Origin: Nannocystis bainbridge
GTDB taxonomy: Bacteria > Myxococcota_A > Polyangia > Nannocystales > Nannocystaceae
Direction: 5' to 3'
NCBI RefSeq assembly: GCF_028368995.1
Contig: NZ_JAQNDL010000001.1
Span: 3,840,001 to 3,904,000, forward strand
Length of the DNA stretch: 64,000 nt
Part shown: positions 19,009 to 29,067 of the stretch, in pieces
Layout of the letters: the number at the start of each line of letters is the position of its first letter
Position numbering within the stretch: position 1 is the first letter of the stretch
Notes under the pieces: generated by a model
What the model was told of the DNA's origin: nothing
Databases searched by the model: none
The model's input: only the letters and a program-made list of their open reading frames with translations
Translations under genes and position numbers: made by a program

Positions 19009-19045
19009 CGGCGAGGGCGCGGAGTGTAGCCCGGACCGCGCGGTC

Positions 19046-19528
19046 TCAGGGCGCGGCGGTGTGGCCGCCAGCGGGGATCTCGAGCTGTCGGCGGAGCTCG
19101 GCGATGGGGATCTTCAGCACCGCCTCGACGTCGCGGCCGTCGACGTAGAGGCTGCGCTGGCCCTTCGCAGCGCGAAACGCCCGCAGCGTCCGCAGCGGCG
19201 CGACGAACAGCCCGCCGACCACCGCGGTGAGGTTGATCATCCACAAGAAGGGCGTGTTGCAGCCGGCGCGCAGCTCCCAGGCCCCGATCTCCGACTCGCC
19301 GGCGAGGTCCGTCCCGTAGCCCGTCAGCACGTGGTGGAGGTCGTGCAGCGCCACCACACGCCGGCGCGCCGGCGGGTTCGGCACCTGCACGGCGCGGCCG
19401 AAGATGTAGAACGCGAACTTCGGCGCCGAGTACTCGGCCATCGAGAACCCGTTCTGCGCCAGGTAGCGGTCGCGGCCCTCGCCGAGCGGCAGGTCGGAGG
19501 GCACGTGGGTCACGCGCTGCAGCGGCAT
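19046..19528 (-). CDS. Coq4-like metal-binding protein
   Basis: HDLHHVLTGYGTDLAGESE matches the Coq4 HDxxH-x11-E motif. Confidence 0.7.
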   Translation of the reverse strand: MPLQRVTHVPSDLPLGEGRDRYLAQNGFSMAEYSAPKFAFYIFGRAVQVPNPPARRRVVALHDLHHVLTGYGTDLAGESEIGAWELRAGCNTPFLWMINLTAVVGGLFVAPLRTLRAFRAAKGQRSLYVDGRDVEAVLKIPIAELRRQLEIPAGGHTAAP

Positions 19529-19631
19529 GGTCTCCTCGGGTCGCGCGGCCCGCGGCGGCTCGCCAGTCGTCGCCGCGAGCGCGCGAGCGCGCCAATCACA
19601 TGTCTCTCGGGACAGCCACGGGCGAAACGGC

Positions 19632-20153
19632 TCAGGACGACGCCTTGATCGGCTCCTCGAGCGGCGCCTCGATCTGCGCGACCATGCGCCGCAGCAGCCC
19701 CTCGACCATCAGCGCGCGCTCGCCCGAGTCGTAGACCCCGTCGTGGTAGCGGGCCTGGATGTCCTCGTACTTCTCGCGGGTGTCGTTGATCAGCTGCTTG
19801 TAGGGCTTGCGGCGGGCCAGGACCTCTTTTTGGTTCTGCCAGAAGAACGAGACCATGGCCGCCACCGTGAAACCGGTCAGCGCGACGCCGATCGGGCCGC
19901 TGACGATGTACGCCAGGCCGTAGCGGAGGGCGACGACGCCGCCGACCCCGACGGCGAGCTCGCGGATCCCGCTCTTGCGCATCTTGCCCCAGGCCATCGG
20001 CAGCAGCTCGCCGGAGGCCAGCACCAGGGCCACGAATTCCGGCCGCTTGGCCCCGCGCTCGTAGGTGTCCTTGATCACCTGCTGCATGAAGGCGTCGAAG
20101 GACTCGTACACCTCGCTCGGGTAGGCCGTGTGACTGCTGCTGCTGGCTGCCAT
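19632..20153 (-). CDS. Hypothetical membrane protein
   Basis: Protein-like composition, glycine-rich hydrophobic segment; ATG at 20153. Confidence 0.7.
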   Translation of the reverse strand: MAASSSSHTAYPSEVYESFDAFMQQVIKDTYERGAKRPEFVALVLASGELLPMAWGKMRKSGIRELAVGVGGVVALRYGLAYIVSGPIGVALTGFTVAAMVSFFWQNQKEVLARRKPYKQLINDTREKYEDIQARYHDGVYDSGERALMVEGLLRRMVAQIEAPLEEPIKASS

Positions 20154-20224
20154 GCGCGCCAGCATAGCAGAGCCCCCGGATTCCTTTGACAGGGCCGCGC
20201 GTGGCTCGCACAATTCCGGCCCGC

Positions 20225-23101
20225 ATGCCGCGCTCATGGTCGTCCCGTCCGCGCGCCGCGTGGCCCGTGCGCTTGCTCGCGGTCCTCGCCGCCGCCTCCG
20301 CCGCGTGTCGCACGGCGCCGCCGTCCGCAGCCCCGCCGGCGAGCTCTGACCTGTCCGAACGCACAGCTCCGCCGCCGCTCGAGCTGGGCGGGCCCCAGGA
20401 CCTCGAAGAGGGCGAGGAGCCGGTCGCCAAGCAGCCGCCGAAGCGACCCGAGCCGGTCGTCGTCAGCGATCTGCCGGGCGCCTTCGCGGCGCTCGAGCAG
20501 GGCAATCCCGAGGGCGCCGCGGCGTTCCTCGCCGGCGCCCTGCGCCAAAAGCCAGGTGACGAGAAGGTCCGCCTCGCGCTCGCCCACGCCCACCTGGCCA
20601 CCGGCGCCAACGACCTCGCCGCCGCCGCGCTCGACCCCAAGCTCGGTCAACCGAGCGCCGCGCGGCTGCGCCTGCTCGCGCGCCTGCTCGCGGCCCGCGG
20701 CGATCGGGCCGGCGCGATCGCCTTGCTGCAGAAGGCCACCGCCGAGCCCGCCGAGCTGCCCGCGCGCGGTGAGCTGCTCAGCCTGCTGGTCGCGGCCGGG
20801 CAGGACAAAGATCCCAGGGCCGTCGCCCTGCGCGAGCAGCTCTATGACGCCTACGACGCCGGCAAGGCCAAGACCGTCGAGGAGCTCACGGCGGTGGCCC
20901 GGGCGGCGCTGGCCCGCGGCTCGACGGGCGCGTTCCACGACGCCAACATGGTGCTCGGCGAGGCGGAGAAGCTGCCCCTCGAGACAGGTGCGCCCGAGCC
21001 CGGCTACGTGCTGCGCGACCGGGCGCTGCTGCTGCGCGGGGCGATGTTCCGCGAGAAGTACGCGGCGACCGAGGCGATCGAGACCTACGAGCAGATCTTG
21101 CGGCGCGACGCGTGGCACGCGGAGGCGCTCGCGGGCGTGGCCGTGGCCCACCTCGAGGAGCTGCGCCTGGCCGCCGCGAGCGACGCGGCCCAGCGGGCGC
21201 TGCAGGTCAACCCGCGCCAGACCGAGGCGCTCGGGGTGCTGGCCAAGGTGGCGCTGGTCGAGGGTCGCCGCGACGAGGCGACCGCGCGCGCGCAGGGCGA
21301 CATGCTGGCGGCCAGCCCCGGTCACCCCGACGCGCTGGCGGTGCTCGCCGGCGCGGCGCTGGCCCGCGACGACCAGGCCGCCTACGCCCGCCTGCGCGAC
21401 CAGGCCGCGGCTGGCAACCCGCTGCCGTTTTACCTCGCGCTGGCCGACCTGCTCGTCTCGATGCACATGTACGAACAGACAGGTACGGTCCTCGACGAGG
21501 CGGCGGGGCGCGCCCCCGACAACGCCTACGTGCAGTCGGCCAAGGGCCTCAACCTGCTGCGCCTCGGCAAGGAGACCGAGGGCCGGGCCGCGCTCAAGGC
21601 CGCGTGGAAGCGCGACCGCTTCAACGAGCGCACCCGCAACACCCTCGACCTCTACGACCAGCGCATCGACCCGCTCTACACCGACGTCAGCGACGGCGAC
21701 CTCAGCCTGCGCCTCCTCAAGGAGGACCAGGAGTATGTCTCCGGGGACATGTTGGCGATCATCGCCCGCGCCCGCCAGAGCCTCGACAAGCGCTACGCCC
21801 TGCGCCCGACCCCGCTGCGCATCGAAGTGTTCGCCGACCCCAGCGACTTCTCGGTCCGCACGATCGGCGTGCCCAGCCTCGGCGCCGTCGGCGTCTGCTT
21901 CGGCCGCCTCATCACCGCCGTCGGCCCGTATGCCGGCACCCACAACTTCCATCAGGTCGTGTGGCACGAGCTCGCCCACGTCTACGCCGTCCAGCTCAGC
22001 AAGGGCCGCGTGCCACGGTGGTTCACCGAGGGCCTGTCCGAGTGGGAGTCCGAGCTCGCCGACCCGTCGTGGGCCCGCGAGAGCGCCGAGCTGCTGGCCG
22101 CCGCGCGCCGCAAGGGCACCCTGCGCCGCCTGTCCGAGCTCGAGCTGGCGTTCCTGCGGGCCGGCAGCGCCCAGGCCATGGAGGTCGCCTACACCACCGC
22201 CGCCTACGCCATCCGCTACCTCGGCCAGACCTACGGCCTGCCGCGCCTGATCGCCATGCTCAAGGGCTACGGCGAGGGCGGCACCACCGAGGCGCTGATG
22301 GAGCGCCACCTCGGCAAGCCGCTCGCGGTGGTCGAGAAGGATTTCGAGACCTGGCTGTTCGGCCAGCTCGACGCCAAGGTCAAGGGCTGGGAGCCGGCCA
22401 AGAGCCGCGGCGACAAGCCCGACGAGCGCGACAAGCTGCTGTCGACCGCGCTCGGCCACGCGCAAAAGAAAGACATGACCTCGGCCGCGCGGGCGCTGCA
22501 GCAGCTGATCCAGGGCCGCGGCGACGGCTACATCCCGCGCATGACCCTGGCCGAGGTGCTGATGCAGGGCCCGAGCTGGAAGCAGGCCGCCGATCACTAT
22601 GAAAAGGCCCGCGGCTTCCGCCCCGAGGCGGTCGAGCCGATCATCCGCCTGGGCGAGCTGGCCCGCCGCGACGGCGACGTGGCCCGCGAAAAGGCGCTGC
22701 TGCGCGAGGGCCTGGCGATCGACGGCATGAGCTACGACCCGGCCGCGCGCCTGGTGATGCTGGCGGCCGTCACCGCCGACGCCCCGAACCGCGACTACGC
22801 GCTCGACCGCGCCGCCGCGATCGCCCCGCTCCACCCGCTCACGCTCGGCGGCCAGGCTCTGCGCGCCGCCGCGGCCGGCGACAAGCCGCGCGCCCGCAGC
22901 CTCAGCGACCGCGCGCTCAAGCACATGAACGACGGCCCGCTCGCCAAGGGCCCCGTCGACACCCTGGTGGTCCTGGCCCTCGCCGCCGAGGCCGCCGGCG
23001 ACGACACCCGCGCGAAGATCCTCGCCGCCCGCGCCGGCGCCGAGCCGAAGCTGCCCGCGCCGGCGAAGCAGGCGATGGAGCGGGTCCGCACCGCGAAGTA
23101 G
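20225..23101 (+). CDS. TPR-repeat lipoprotein with a peptidase MA (zincin) domain
   Basis: Lipobox-like SAAC; TPR helices; WHELAHVY...VPRWFTEGLSE gluzincin motif. Confidence 0.88.
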   Translation: MPRSWSSRPRAAWPVRLLAVLAAASAACRTAPPSAAPPASSDLSERTAPPPLELGGPQDLEEGEEPVAKQPPKRPEPVVVSDLPGAFAALEQGNPEGAAAFLAGALRQKPGDEKVRLALAHAHLATGANDLAAAALDPKLGQPSAARLRLLARLLAARGDRAGAIALLQKATAEPAELPARGELLSLLVAAGQDKDPRAVALREQLYDAYDAGKAKTVEELTAVARAALARGSTGAFHDANMVLGEAEKLPLETGAPEPGYVLRDRALLLRGAMFREKYAATEAIETYEQILRRDAWHAEALAGVAVAHLEELRLAAASDAAQRALQVNPRQTEALGVLAKVALVEGRRDEATARAQGDMLAASPGHPDALAVLAGAALARDDQAAYARLRDQAAAGNPLPFYLALADLLVSMHMYEQTGTVLDEAAGRAPDNAYVQSAKGLNLLRLGKETEGRAALKAAWKRDRFNERTRNTLDLYDQRIDPLYTDVSDGDLSLRLLKEDQEYVSGDMLAIIARARQSLDKRYALRPTPLRIEVFADPSDFSVRTIGVPSLGAVGVCFGRLITAVGPYAGTHNFHQVVWHELAHVYAVQLSKGRVPRWFTEGLSEWESELADPSWARESAELLAAARRKGTLRRLSELELAFLRAGSAQAMEVAYTTAAYAIRYLGQTYGLPRLIAMLKGYGEGGTTEALMERHLGKPLAVVEKDFETWLFGQLDAKVKGWEPAKSRGDKPDERDKLLSTALGHAQKKDMTSAARALQQLIQGRGDGYIPRMTLAEVLMQGPSWKQAADHYEKARGFRPEAVEPIIRLGELARRDGDVAREKALLREGLAIDGMSYDPAARLVMLAAVTADAPNRDYALDRAAAIAPLHPLTLGGQALRAAAAGDKPRARSLSDRALKHMNDGPLAKGPVDTLVVLALAAEAAGDDTRAKILAARAGAEPKLPAPAKQAMERVRTAK

Positions 23102-23105
23102 CGGC

Positions 23106-23195
23106 TGTCTTAAAAGACATGCCCGCGAGGGCATGTCCCCTCGGCCATGCTTTTTCAGACAGGTCCGTTCGGGCATTTCTGATCGGACATGTTCC
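23106..23195. repeat. Tandem array of 14-bp palindromes directly after a stop codon
   Basis: TGTCTTAAAAGACA at 23106; cores at 23118, 23132, 23146, 23160, 23174, 23188. Confidence 0.8.
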
Positions 23196-23582
23196 TTTCG
23201 CCAGACGTGCGCTCGAGCGCAGACGAACGCCTTCGGGCCGGTCGCGCCGGCGGCCGCGTCACGGCGACGGCCCTGCGCGTCCGCGACGCGGCCCTCGCCC
23301 ATGAACGGCCTGTCATGGTCCCCCCGCCTCGCCCCTGCGCGTCTGCGCCGCGGCCTTCGTCACGCGTCGCGCTCCGCCTCTCGCCACTTCCGCGGCGCGA
23401 CTGTCCGCGGACAGCCCCCGCCGGCCCGCGGCGCCCGTCCCGCTGCGCGTGCGCGGCTGGTCAGGCGTCCGCGCGCGTGAGGTCGCGTGCATCGGCCAGC
23501 CCGCGGCGCGCAGCGACCTCTCGTCGCGCGCCGGCCCGTCAGGGTTGCGCTGCCGGGCCGGCCTGGTAGCGTGGGCCCCGCC

Positions 23583-24527
23583 ATGGCCGCGCTGTTCCCG
23601 TTCACGACCGACGAGGCGAAAGCAGTTCTCCAGGCCCTGAAGACCGTGGCGATGGCCGACGGCACCTTTGCGGTCAAGGAGCGGTCGCTGCTGGCGGCCT
23701 CGGCCGAGCTGCTCGGCGTCGACGCCGATCCCGACGCCGTCACCACGCTCTCGCCCGACGAGCTCGCCGCCGCGCTGAACGATCCGGAGCGGCGCCTCAT
23801 GGCCCTCAAGGCCTGCCTCGTGATGGGCATCGTCGACGGCCAGGTCTCGCCGGAGGAGTGGCGCGTGCTGTCGGCCTTCCGCTCGGCCCTCGGGGTCGAG
23901 GAGGGCGCCATGCAGGTGTTCCACGACCTCGTGCAGCAGCACCGGCAGCGGACTCAGTACGAGCTGCAGCGCCGCCTCGGCTCGCCGCAGGTCGGCACCC
24001 TGTACGCCGCCCAGGGCTGGCAGGGCGTCCTCAGCTTCTTCACCGAGGACCTGCTCGCCCTGCCGAAGATCCGCGAGAACAGCGAGCTCGCGTGGCGCTA
24101 TCGCCGGGTCGGTCTGCTGCCCGAGGGCACGCTCGGGCGCGAGCTGTGGCGGTACTACCGCGAGCGACAGTTCGCGTTCGCCGGCGAGCTGGGTGGCGTG
24201 CCCGAGGCGCTCGTGCACCACGACATCACCCACATCCTGGCCGGCTACGAGGCCGACCTCCAGGGCGAGCTCGAGACCCTGGCCTTCATCGCCGGCCTGC
24301 GCCGCGAGGACCCGTCGAGCGCGCTGTTCCTGGTCCTGCTTCAGCACGCCGTCGGCGCGCGCGTCGGCGACCCCGTCGGCCTCACTTTCGAGCCGGCGCG
24401 GATCCTCGCCGCGCGCGATCGCGGGCGCGCGACCACCGAGGACTTCACGCGCCGCCACGACTTCTGGGACGTGATGGACCGACCGCTCGCCGAGCTCTTG
24501 CAGCGCTTCGGAGTCCCGCCGCGGTGA
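23583..24527 (+). CDS. TerB-like domain fused to a Coq4-like domain
   Basis: VAMADG...KE and VDGQVSPEE TerB metal-binding motifs; LPEGTLGRE and HDITHILAGYEADLQGE Coq4 motifs. Confidence 0.8.
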   Translation: MAALFPFTTDEAKAVLQALKTVAMADGTFAVKERSLLAASAELLGVDADPDAVTTLSPDELAAALNDPERRLMALKACLVMGIVDGQVSPEEWRVLSAFRSALGVEEGAMQVFHDLVQQHRQRTQYELQRRLGSPQVGTLYAAQGWQGVLSFFTEDLLALPKIRENSELAWRYRRVGLLPEGTLGRELWRYYRERQFAFAGELGGVPEALVHHDITHILAGYEADLQGELETLAFIAGLRREDPSSALFLVLLQHAVGARVGDPVGLTFEPARILAARDRGRATTEDFTRRHDFWDVMDRPLAELLQRFGVPPR

Positions 24528-24742
24528 GCGGCGCGCCGCAGGTGTTCGACCTGTCCGAGGTCGACGCCGACGCGCCCGAGGTCGTGCTCGCGTGGGTCGA
24601 GCGCCTGCGCGCCGCCGCGGCCCACGGCCCGGTGATCGTCCGCGAGTGCCCGCAGATGCTCGCCCACACGCTTTATAAATGTGCCCTGCTCGGCGACGCG
24701 ATCGTGCTCGAGTCGGTGCGCGCCGAAGAAGCCTACGGCTGA
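24524..24742 (+). CDS. Small STAS-like protein (72 aa)
   Basis: GTG start overlapping the upstream TGA; VFDLSEVD...WVERLR...VIVRECPQML resembles STAS_2/MlaB-type domains. Confidence 0.55.
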   Translation: MSGAPQVFDLSEVDADAPEVVLAWVERLRAAAAHGPVIVRECPQMLAHTLYKCALLGDAIVLESVRAEEAYG

Positions 24743-24919
24743 GCGACTCTAGCGTCGCGACGCGGACGGCTACGGTTCAGCGACGGCCGCGCCGGCGGCA
24801 GGCCTCGGCGCGCCGGCTCGCACGACCCCGTCGATCGGCCGCGAGTTTCAGCCCTCGCGCTCGCCCGCCCGCTTCGCGCCCGCGAGCGCGGCCGACTCGC
24901 CATGCTACGCTGCCCTTCG

Positions 24920-25687
24920 ATGTCCTCCGCAGCGCGCGCCTTCGCCAGAGCCCACGACCACGTCCAGGTCACGCGGCGGGCCCGCGGCGCCCTGTTCGCC
25001 AGCGCCGCGATCACCCTCCTGCTCTACCTGGTCCCGTTCGGCGGCCTGCTCATCTATCCGCTGCTGCTGCTGTCGACCCTGGCCCACGAGCTCGGCCACG
25101 GCCTGGCCGCGCTCGCCACCGGCGGCACGTTCCATGCCTTCTACTTGTGGCCGGACGGTTCGGGCATGGCTGTTCATTCCGGTCCCGAAGGACATGTCCT
25201 TCAGGCCATCGTCGCCGCCGGCGGGCTGATCGGTCCGGCGATCGTCGCGGGCCTGTGCTTCGCCCTCGCGCGCCGGCCCGCCGTCGCCCGCGTGGTGCTC
25301 GGCCTGCTCGGGCTCGGCTTCCTGGCCGCCGTCGCGCTCGTCGTCGAGAACCCGTTCGGCTTCTGGTACATCAGCGGCGTCGGCCTGCTGCTGCTGGCCC
25401 TCGCCGCCCGCGCCAGCGCCACCACGGCCCAGACCGCGCTGGTCTTCGTCGCGGTGCAGCTGGCCCTCAGCGTGTTCTCCCGCGCCGATTACCTGTTCAC
25501 CGCCAGCGCCCAGACCTCGGCGGGCGTGATGCCGTCCGACTCGGCCCACATCGCCGCCGCGCTCGGCGGCTCCTACCTGCTGTGGGGCGCCGTCTGCGGG
25601 CTGTTCTCGGTCCTGGTCCTGGTCCTCGGCCTGTGGCTGTTCACCCGCGGCGAGAGCCGCGTCAGCCTGGCCAACCTCCGCCGGTGA
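24920..25687 (+). CDS. M50-family (M50B-like) intramembrane metallopeptidase
   Basis: HELGHG within a TM segment, AAGGLIGP, PSD motif; multiple TM helices. Confidence 0.88.
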   Translation: MSSAARAFARAHDHVQVTRRARGALFASAAITLLLYLVPFGGLLIYPLLLLSTLAHELGHGLAALATGGTFHAFYLWPDGSGMAVHSGPEGHVLQAIVAAGGLIGPAIVAGLCFALARRPAVARVVLGLLGLGFLAAVALVVENPFGFWYISGVGLLLLALAARASATTAQTALVFVAVQLALSVFSRADYLFTASAQTSAGVMPSDSAHIAAALGGSYLLWGAVCGLFSVLVLVLGLWLFTRGESRVSLANLRR

Positions 25688-25690
25688 TCC

Positions 25691-26836
25691 GTGACCCCCG
25701 AGCTGCGCGCGCTGGCCTCCCGCGCCCTGGCGATCGAGCATGTCCCTGAGGACATGCTCTTATGGACATGTCTTAAAATTCATGTGATGTGCGCGGCGGT
25801 CTGGCGCGTCGACTCCCCCGCGGGCGCGATCGTCCTCAAGCAGCACCGCCACCCGCGCCCGTTCGCGCAGGAGCTGCAGGCCTATCGCGACTGGCTGCCG
25901 GGCCTGCTCGACGCGCGGGACGCTCCTCACCTCCGCGGTCCGTCGGACTCGCAGCAGCCTCACCACCGCGGTCCGTCGGACTCGCAGCAGCCTCACCTCC
26001 GCGGTCCGTCGGACTCGCAGCAGCCTCACCTCCGCGGTCCGTCGGACTCGCAGCACCCTCACCTCCGCGGTCCGTCGGGCCCGCAGGAGCCTCACCTCCG
26101 CAGTTCATCGGACTCGCACAGTCCCCTCCTCGGCCTGCCGGAGCCGCTTCCTCCCGCGCCCGCGCGTGAACCTGGCGTGCATGACCTGCTCGCCGTTCGT
26201 GTCCCCGCGCTGCTCGCCAGCGATCGCCGCAGCCTGGGCCTCGCGCTGTCCGCCGCGCCCGGCGAGCGCCTGTATCTCGGGACACATGATTCTCCCTCGA
26301 CCCTCGCCGCCCACGCGGCCGCGGGCCGGTTCCTCCGCGCCCTTCACCAGCTCCCCGCCGTCGACGACGATCCCATCCCGCTCGTCGCCGCCGTCGCCGC
26401 GCGCCTCGACGCCTGGCACGCCCGCGCCCGCGACATCCTGAGCCCGGCCGAGCGCGACGCGCTGCAGCGGCTCGCCGCCCGCCGAGACGCCTTTGCCGGC
26501 GTGCGCCGCGTGCCCTGTCATCGCGACTTCACCCCCGACAACTGGTTGCTCGCCGGCGATGCCCTGCACGTCCTCGACTTCGAGCACGCCCGCCTCGACG
26601 CCGCCGAGGCCGACCTCGTCAAGCTCTGCGCCGACACCTGGGCCGAGAACCCTGCGCTCGCCGAGGCCTTCCTCGCCGGTCACGGATCGCTGGACACCGA
26701 CGCCGCCGCCCGCCTCGACGTCCTGCTCGCCCTGCACGCGGTGGCCACCCTGGCCTGGGCCGAACGCCACGCCGACCCGGACTTCCACGCGCTCGGCCGC
26801 CGCGCCCTGGCCGTCGCGCTCGACCGTGTCACTTGA
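25691..26836 (+). CDS. Aminoglycoside phosphotransferase / choline kinase-like protein with an internal tandem repeat
   Basis: CHRDFTPDNWL (Brenner motif) and VLDFEHA; LRALH. Confidence 0.85.
   Translation: MTPELRALASRALAIEHVPEDMLLWTCLKIHVMCAAVWRVDSPAGAIVLKQHRHPRPFAQELQAYRDWLPGLLDARDAPHLRGPSDSQQPHHRGPSDSQQPHLRGPSDSQQPHLRGPSDSQHPHLRGPSGPQEPHLRSSSDSHSPLLGLPEPLPPAPAREPGVHDLLAVRVPALLASDRRSLGLALSAAPGERLYLGTHDSPSTLAAHAAAGRFLRALHQLPAVDDDPIPLVAAVAARLDAWHARARDILSPAERDALQRLAARRDAFAGVRRVPCHRDFTPDNWLLAGDALHVLDFEHARLDAAEADLVKLCADTWAENPALAEAFLAGHGSLDTDAAARLDVLLALHAVATLAWAERHADPDFHALGRRALAVALDRVT
25925..26122 (+). repeat. 33-bp coding tandem repeat x6 (PHLRGPSDSQQ)
   Basis: cctcacctccgcggtccgtcggactcgcagcag repeated with few mismatches. 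Confidence 0.95.
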
Positions 26837-26910
26837 GACATGTCCCTCGAGACACCTTATGGCGATCTTTGGACATGCCCGTACGGACATGCCCCGGAAG
26901 ACATCCCCGA
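26825..26910. repeat. 14-bp palindrome cluster between convergent genes
   Basis: TGTCCCTCGAGACA at 26841; further cores at 26874, 26888, 26902. Confidence 0.75.
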
Positions 26911-26925
26911 ACAAAAATCGACCCC

Positions 26926-27783
26926 TCAGTTCAGCGCTGCCAGCTTCTCCGGGTTGACCATGATGTGCAGCGCGTGGATCTGGTCGTCGTCGGCCTCGAT
27001 CGACACAGCAGCCACCGCCACGCCGCCGTCCCACAGCACCGCGGCCGGCCAGCCGTTGATCTCGATCAGCGAGATCGTGCCGTGAGCGCCGCCCTTCTTG
27101 GCGATCCCGACCATCATGCGGCCCACGCGTTCGGGCCCGAACACCGGGTTGCGAGCGGCTCGCGCTCGCCCGCCGCCGTCCGACCACGCGACCACGTCGT
27201 CGGCCAGCAGCCGCTGCAGCCCGTCGAGGTCGCCCTGGGCGACCGCCCCGAGGAAGGCGCCGAGCAGCTGCTCGTGCTGCTCGCGCGAGCGGGCGAACCG
27301 CGGCCGCTTCGAGCGCACGTGCTCGCGCGCGCGGTGGGCCAGCTGGCGGCACGCAGCCTCCTCGCGGCCGACGATCGCCGCGACCTCGGCGAAGTCGTAA
27401 TCAAACACCTCGCGCAGCACGAACACCGCCCGCTCGAGCGGGCTCAGGGCCTCGAGCAGGACTAAAAAAGCGAGCGAGATCGACTCGAGATCCGGCGTCC
27501 GCTCGAGCTGCTCGGTCGGCAGCGGCTCGGGCAGCCAGGTGCCGACGTAGGCCTCGCGCCGCGACCGCGCCGACTTCAGTTGATCGAGGCACAGGCGCGA
27601 GACGACGGTGGTCAGCCACCCGCCCGGCGCCTCGATCGCCGCGTGCTCGGCCGCCTGCCAGCGCACGTGCGCCTCCTGCAGCACGTCCTCGGCCTCGGCC
27701 GCGCTGCCGAGCATGCGGTACGCCAGCCCGAACAGCCGCGAGCGGTGAGCCCCGAACAGGGTCGCCGCCTCGTCCGGGCTCAT
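26926..27783 (-). CDS. sigJ: ECF41 (SigJ-type) RNA polymerase sigma factor with SnoaL-like extension
   Basis: AYRMLGSAAEAEDVLQEA, YVGTWLPEP, LSPLERAVFVLREVF, DGGG, NPEKL motifs. Confidence 0.92.
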   Translation of the reverse strand: MSPDEAATLFGAHRSRLFGLAYRMLGSAAEAEDVLQEAHVRWQAAEHAAIEAPGGWLTTVVSRLCLDQLKSARSRREAYVGTWLPEPLPTEQLERTPDLESISLAFLVLLEALSPLERAVFVLREVFDYDFAEVAAIVGREEAACRQLAHRAREHVRSKRPRFARSREQHEQLLGAFLGAVAQGDLDGLQRLLADDVVAWSDGGGRARAARNPVFGPERVGRMMVGIAKKGGAHGTISLIEINGWPAAVLWDGGVAVAAVSIEADDDQIHALHIMVNPEKLAALN

Positions 27784-28937
27784 CGCACCGCCTCCACCGC
27801 CACCAGCGGCCGCACGGCCCCGTGCTGCCAGCGGTACGCCATCAGTCGCCGCTGCTCGGCCCGCAGCGCGAACACGGTGTAGCGACACACCCGCTCCTTG
27901 ATCCACGCCGCCACGCGCCCCTTCAAGATGCGCTCGCGGGGCTGCCCGGCCGCGTCCACGAACTGCACGATGCCATCCCGGCGGCCCAGGCTCACGCAGT
28001 AGCCCGGGTCGCCGAAGCTGAAGGCATCCATCTGACCTCCGGTCATCTCGGCCACTGCCGTGTCGGCCGCGTGCGCCGCCATCGGCATCGCAGTCTTGCA
28101 GCCGGCCGCCAGCCAGCCGCCCGGCGTGGCGAAGGCCGCGGCGTCACCGGCGACCAGCAGGTCCGGCCGCGCGTAAAGGTGGCTGTCGACGATCACCCGC
28201 CCGTCGGCCGCCATCGGCAAGCCGAGCCCGGCAAGCAGCGGCATCGCCCGGAACCCGGCCGCCCAGGCGCACAGGTCAAAGGCGATCGGCCCGGCCGCGG
28301 TGTCGAGGTGGTCGGCCGCCACGGCCGTCACCCGCACGCCCTCCCGCACCGTCACGCCGAGCCGCCGCAGGGCCGCCCGCGCGTGTTCGCGCGCCTTGTG
28401 GCTCAGCGCCGGCACGATCTCGCTCGCCGACACCAGCTCGACCCGCAGCCCGGGCACGGCCTCCGCCAGCTCCGTGGCGATCTCGACGCCGGTGAGGCCA
28501 CCGCCGCATACGGCGAGCCGGCCGCCGCACTCGGCAATGCGCCGCGCCTCGCCGAACAGCCGGGCCATGCGGTCGCCGTCGATGGCAAAGGCGTGCTCGC
28601 GCGCCCCGGGCACGAGGTCGAGGTCGACCGAGCCGCCCGTGCACACGATGGCGCGGTCGAATTGGATGACGCCAGCGTCGGTGACGAGGCGGCCCGGGGC
28701 GACTTCGAGCGCGCGGGCGTGGACGAAGCGGACCGCGGTGCCGGCGAGCAGCGCGGCGATGGGGTGGGCGACGCTGCGGCCGCTGGCCGCCTGCTCGTGG
28801 AGGCGGACGCGCTCGACGAGTTGGTCGCTGGCGCCGACGAGGGTGACGGTGAGACGGCCGCGGGCGATCCGGGCGGCGCGAAGGGCCGCGAGCAGGCCGG
28901 CGTAGCCGGTACCGATGACGACGAGATGGGGGGACAT
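27780..28937 (-). CDS. FAD/NAD(P)-dependent oxidoreductase (NDH-2/SQR-like)
   Basis: VVIGTGYAG and CGGGLTGVEIATE dinucleotide-binding motifs, AGD; stop overlaps the sigJ start. Confidence 0.9.
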   Translation of the reverse strand: MSPHLVVIGTGYAGLLAALRAARIARGRLTVTLVGASDQLVERVRLHEQAASGRSVAHPIAALLAGTAVRFVHARALEVAPGRLVTDAGVIQFDRAIVCTGGSVDLDLVPGAREHAFAIDGDRMARLFGEARRIAECGGRLAVCGGGLTGVEIATELAEAVPGLRVELVSASEIVPALSHKAREHARAALRRLGVTVREGVRVTAVAADHLDTAAGPIAFDLCAWAAGFRAMPLLAGLGLPMAADGRVIVDSHLYARPDLLVAGDAAAFATPGGWLAAGCKTAMPMAAHAADTAVAEMTGGQMDAFSFGDPGYCVSLGRRDGIVQFVDAAGQPRERILKGRVAAWIKERVCRYTVFALRAEQRRLMAYRWQHGAVRPLVAVEAVR

Positions 28938-29067
28938 GCGAGTTCTCCTGGTTCGCCAGGAGGACGAGGCAGCCCCTCCGCGGCGTGACACGATTTTTTT
29001 CGCGCCCTGCTTTCTGTCTGCGGCCCACGGCAGCGCCCCCTCCTCCTCCTCGTGCGATGGTGCCGTC

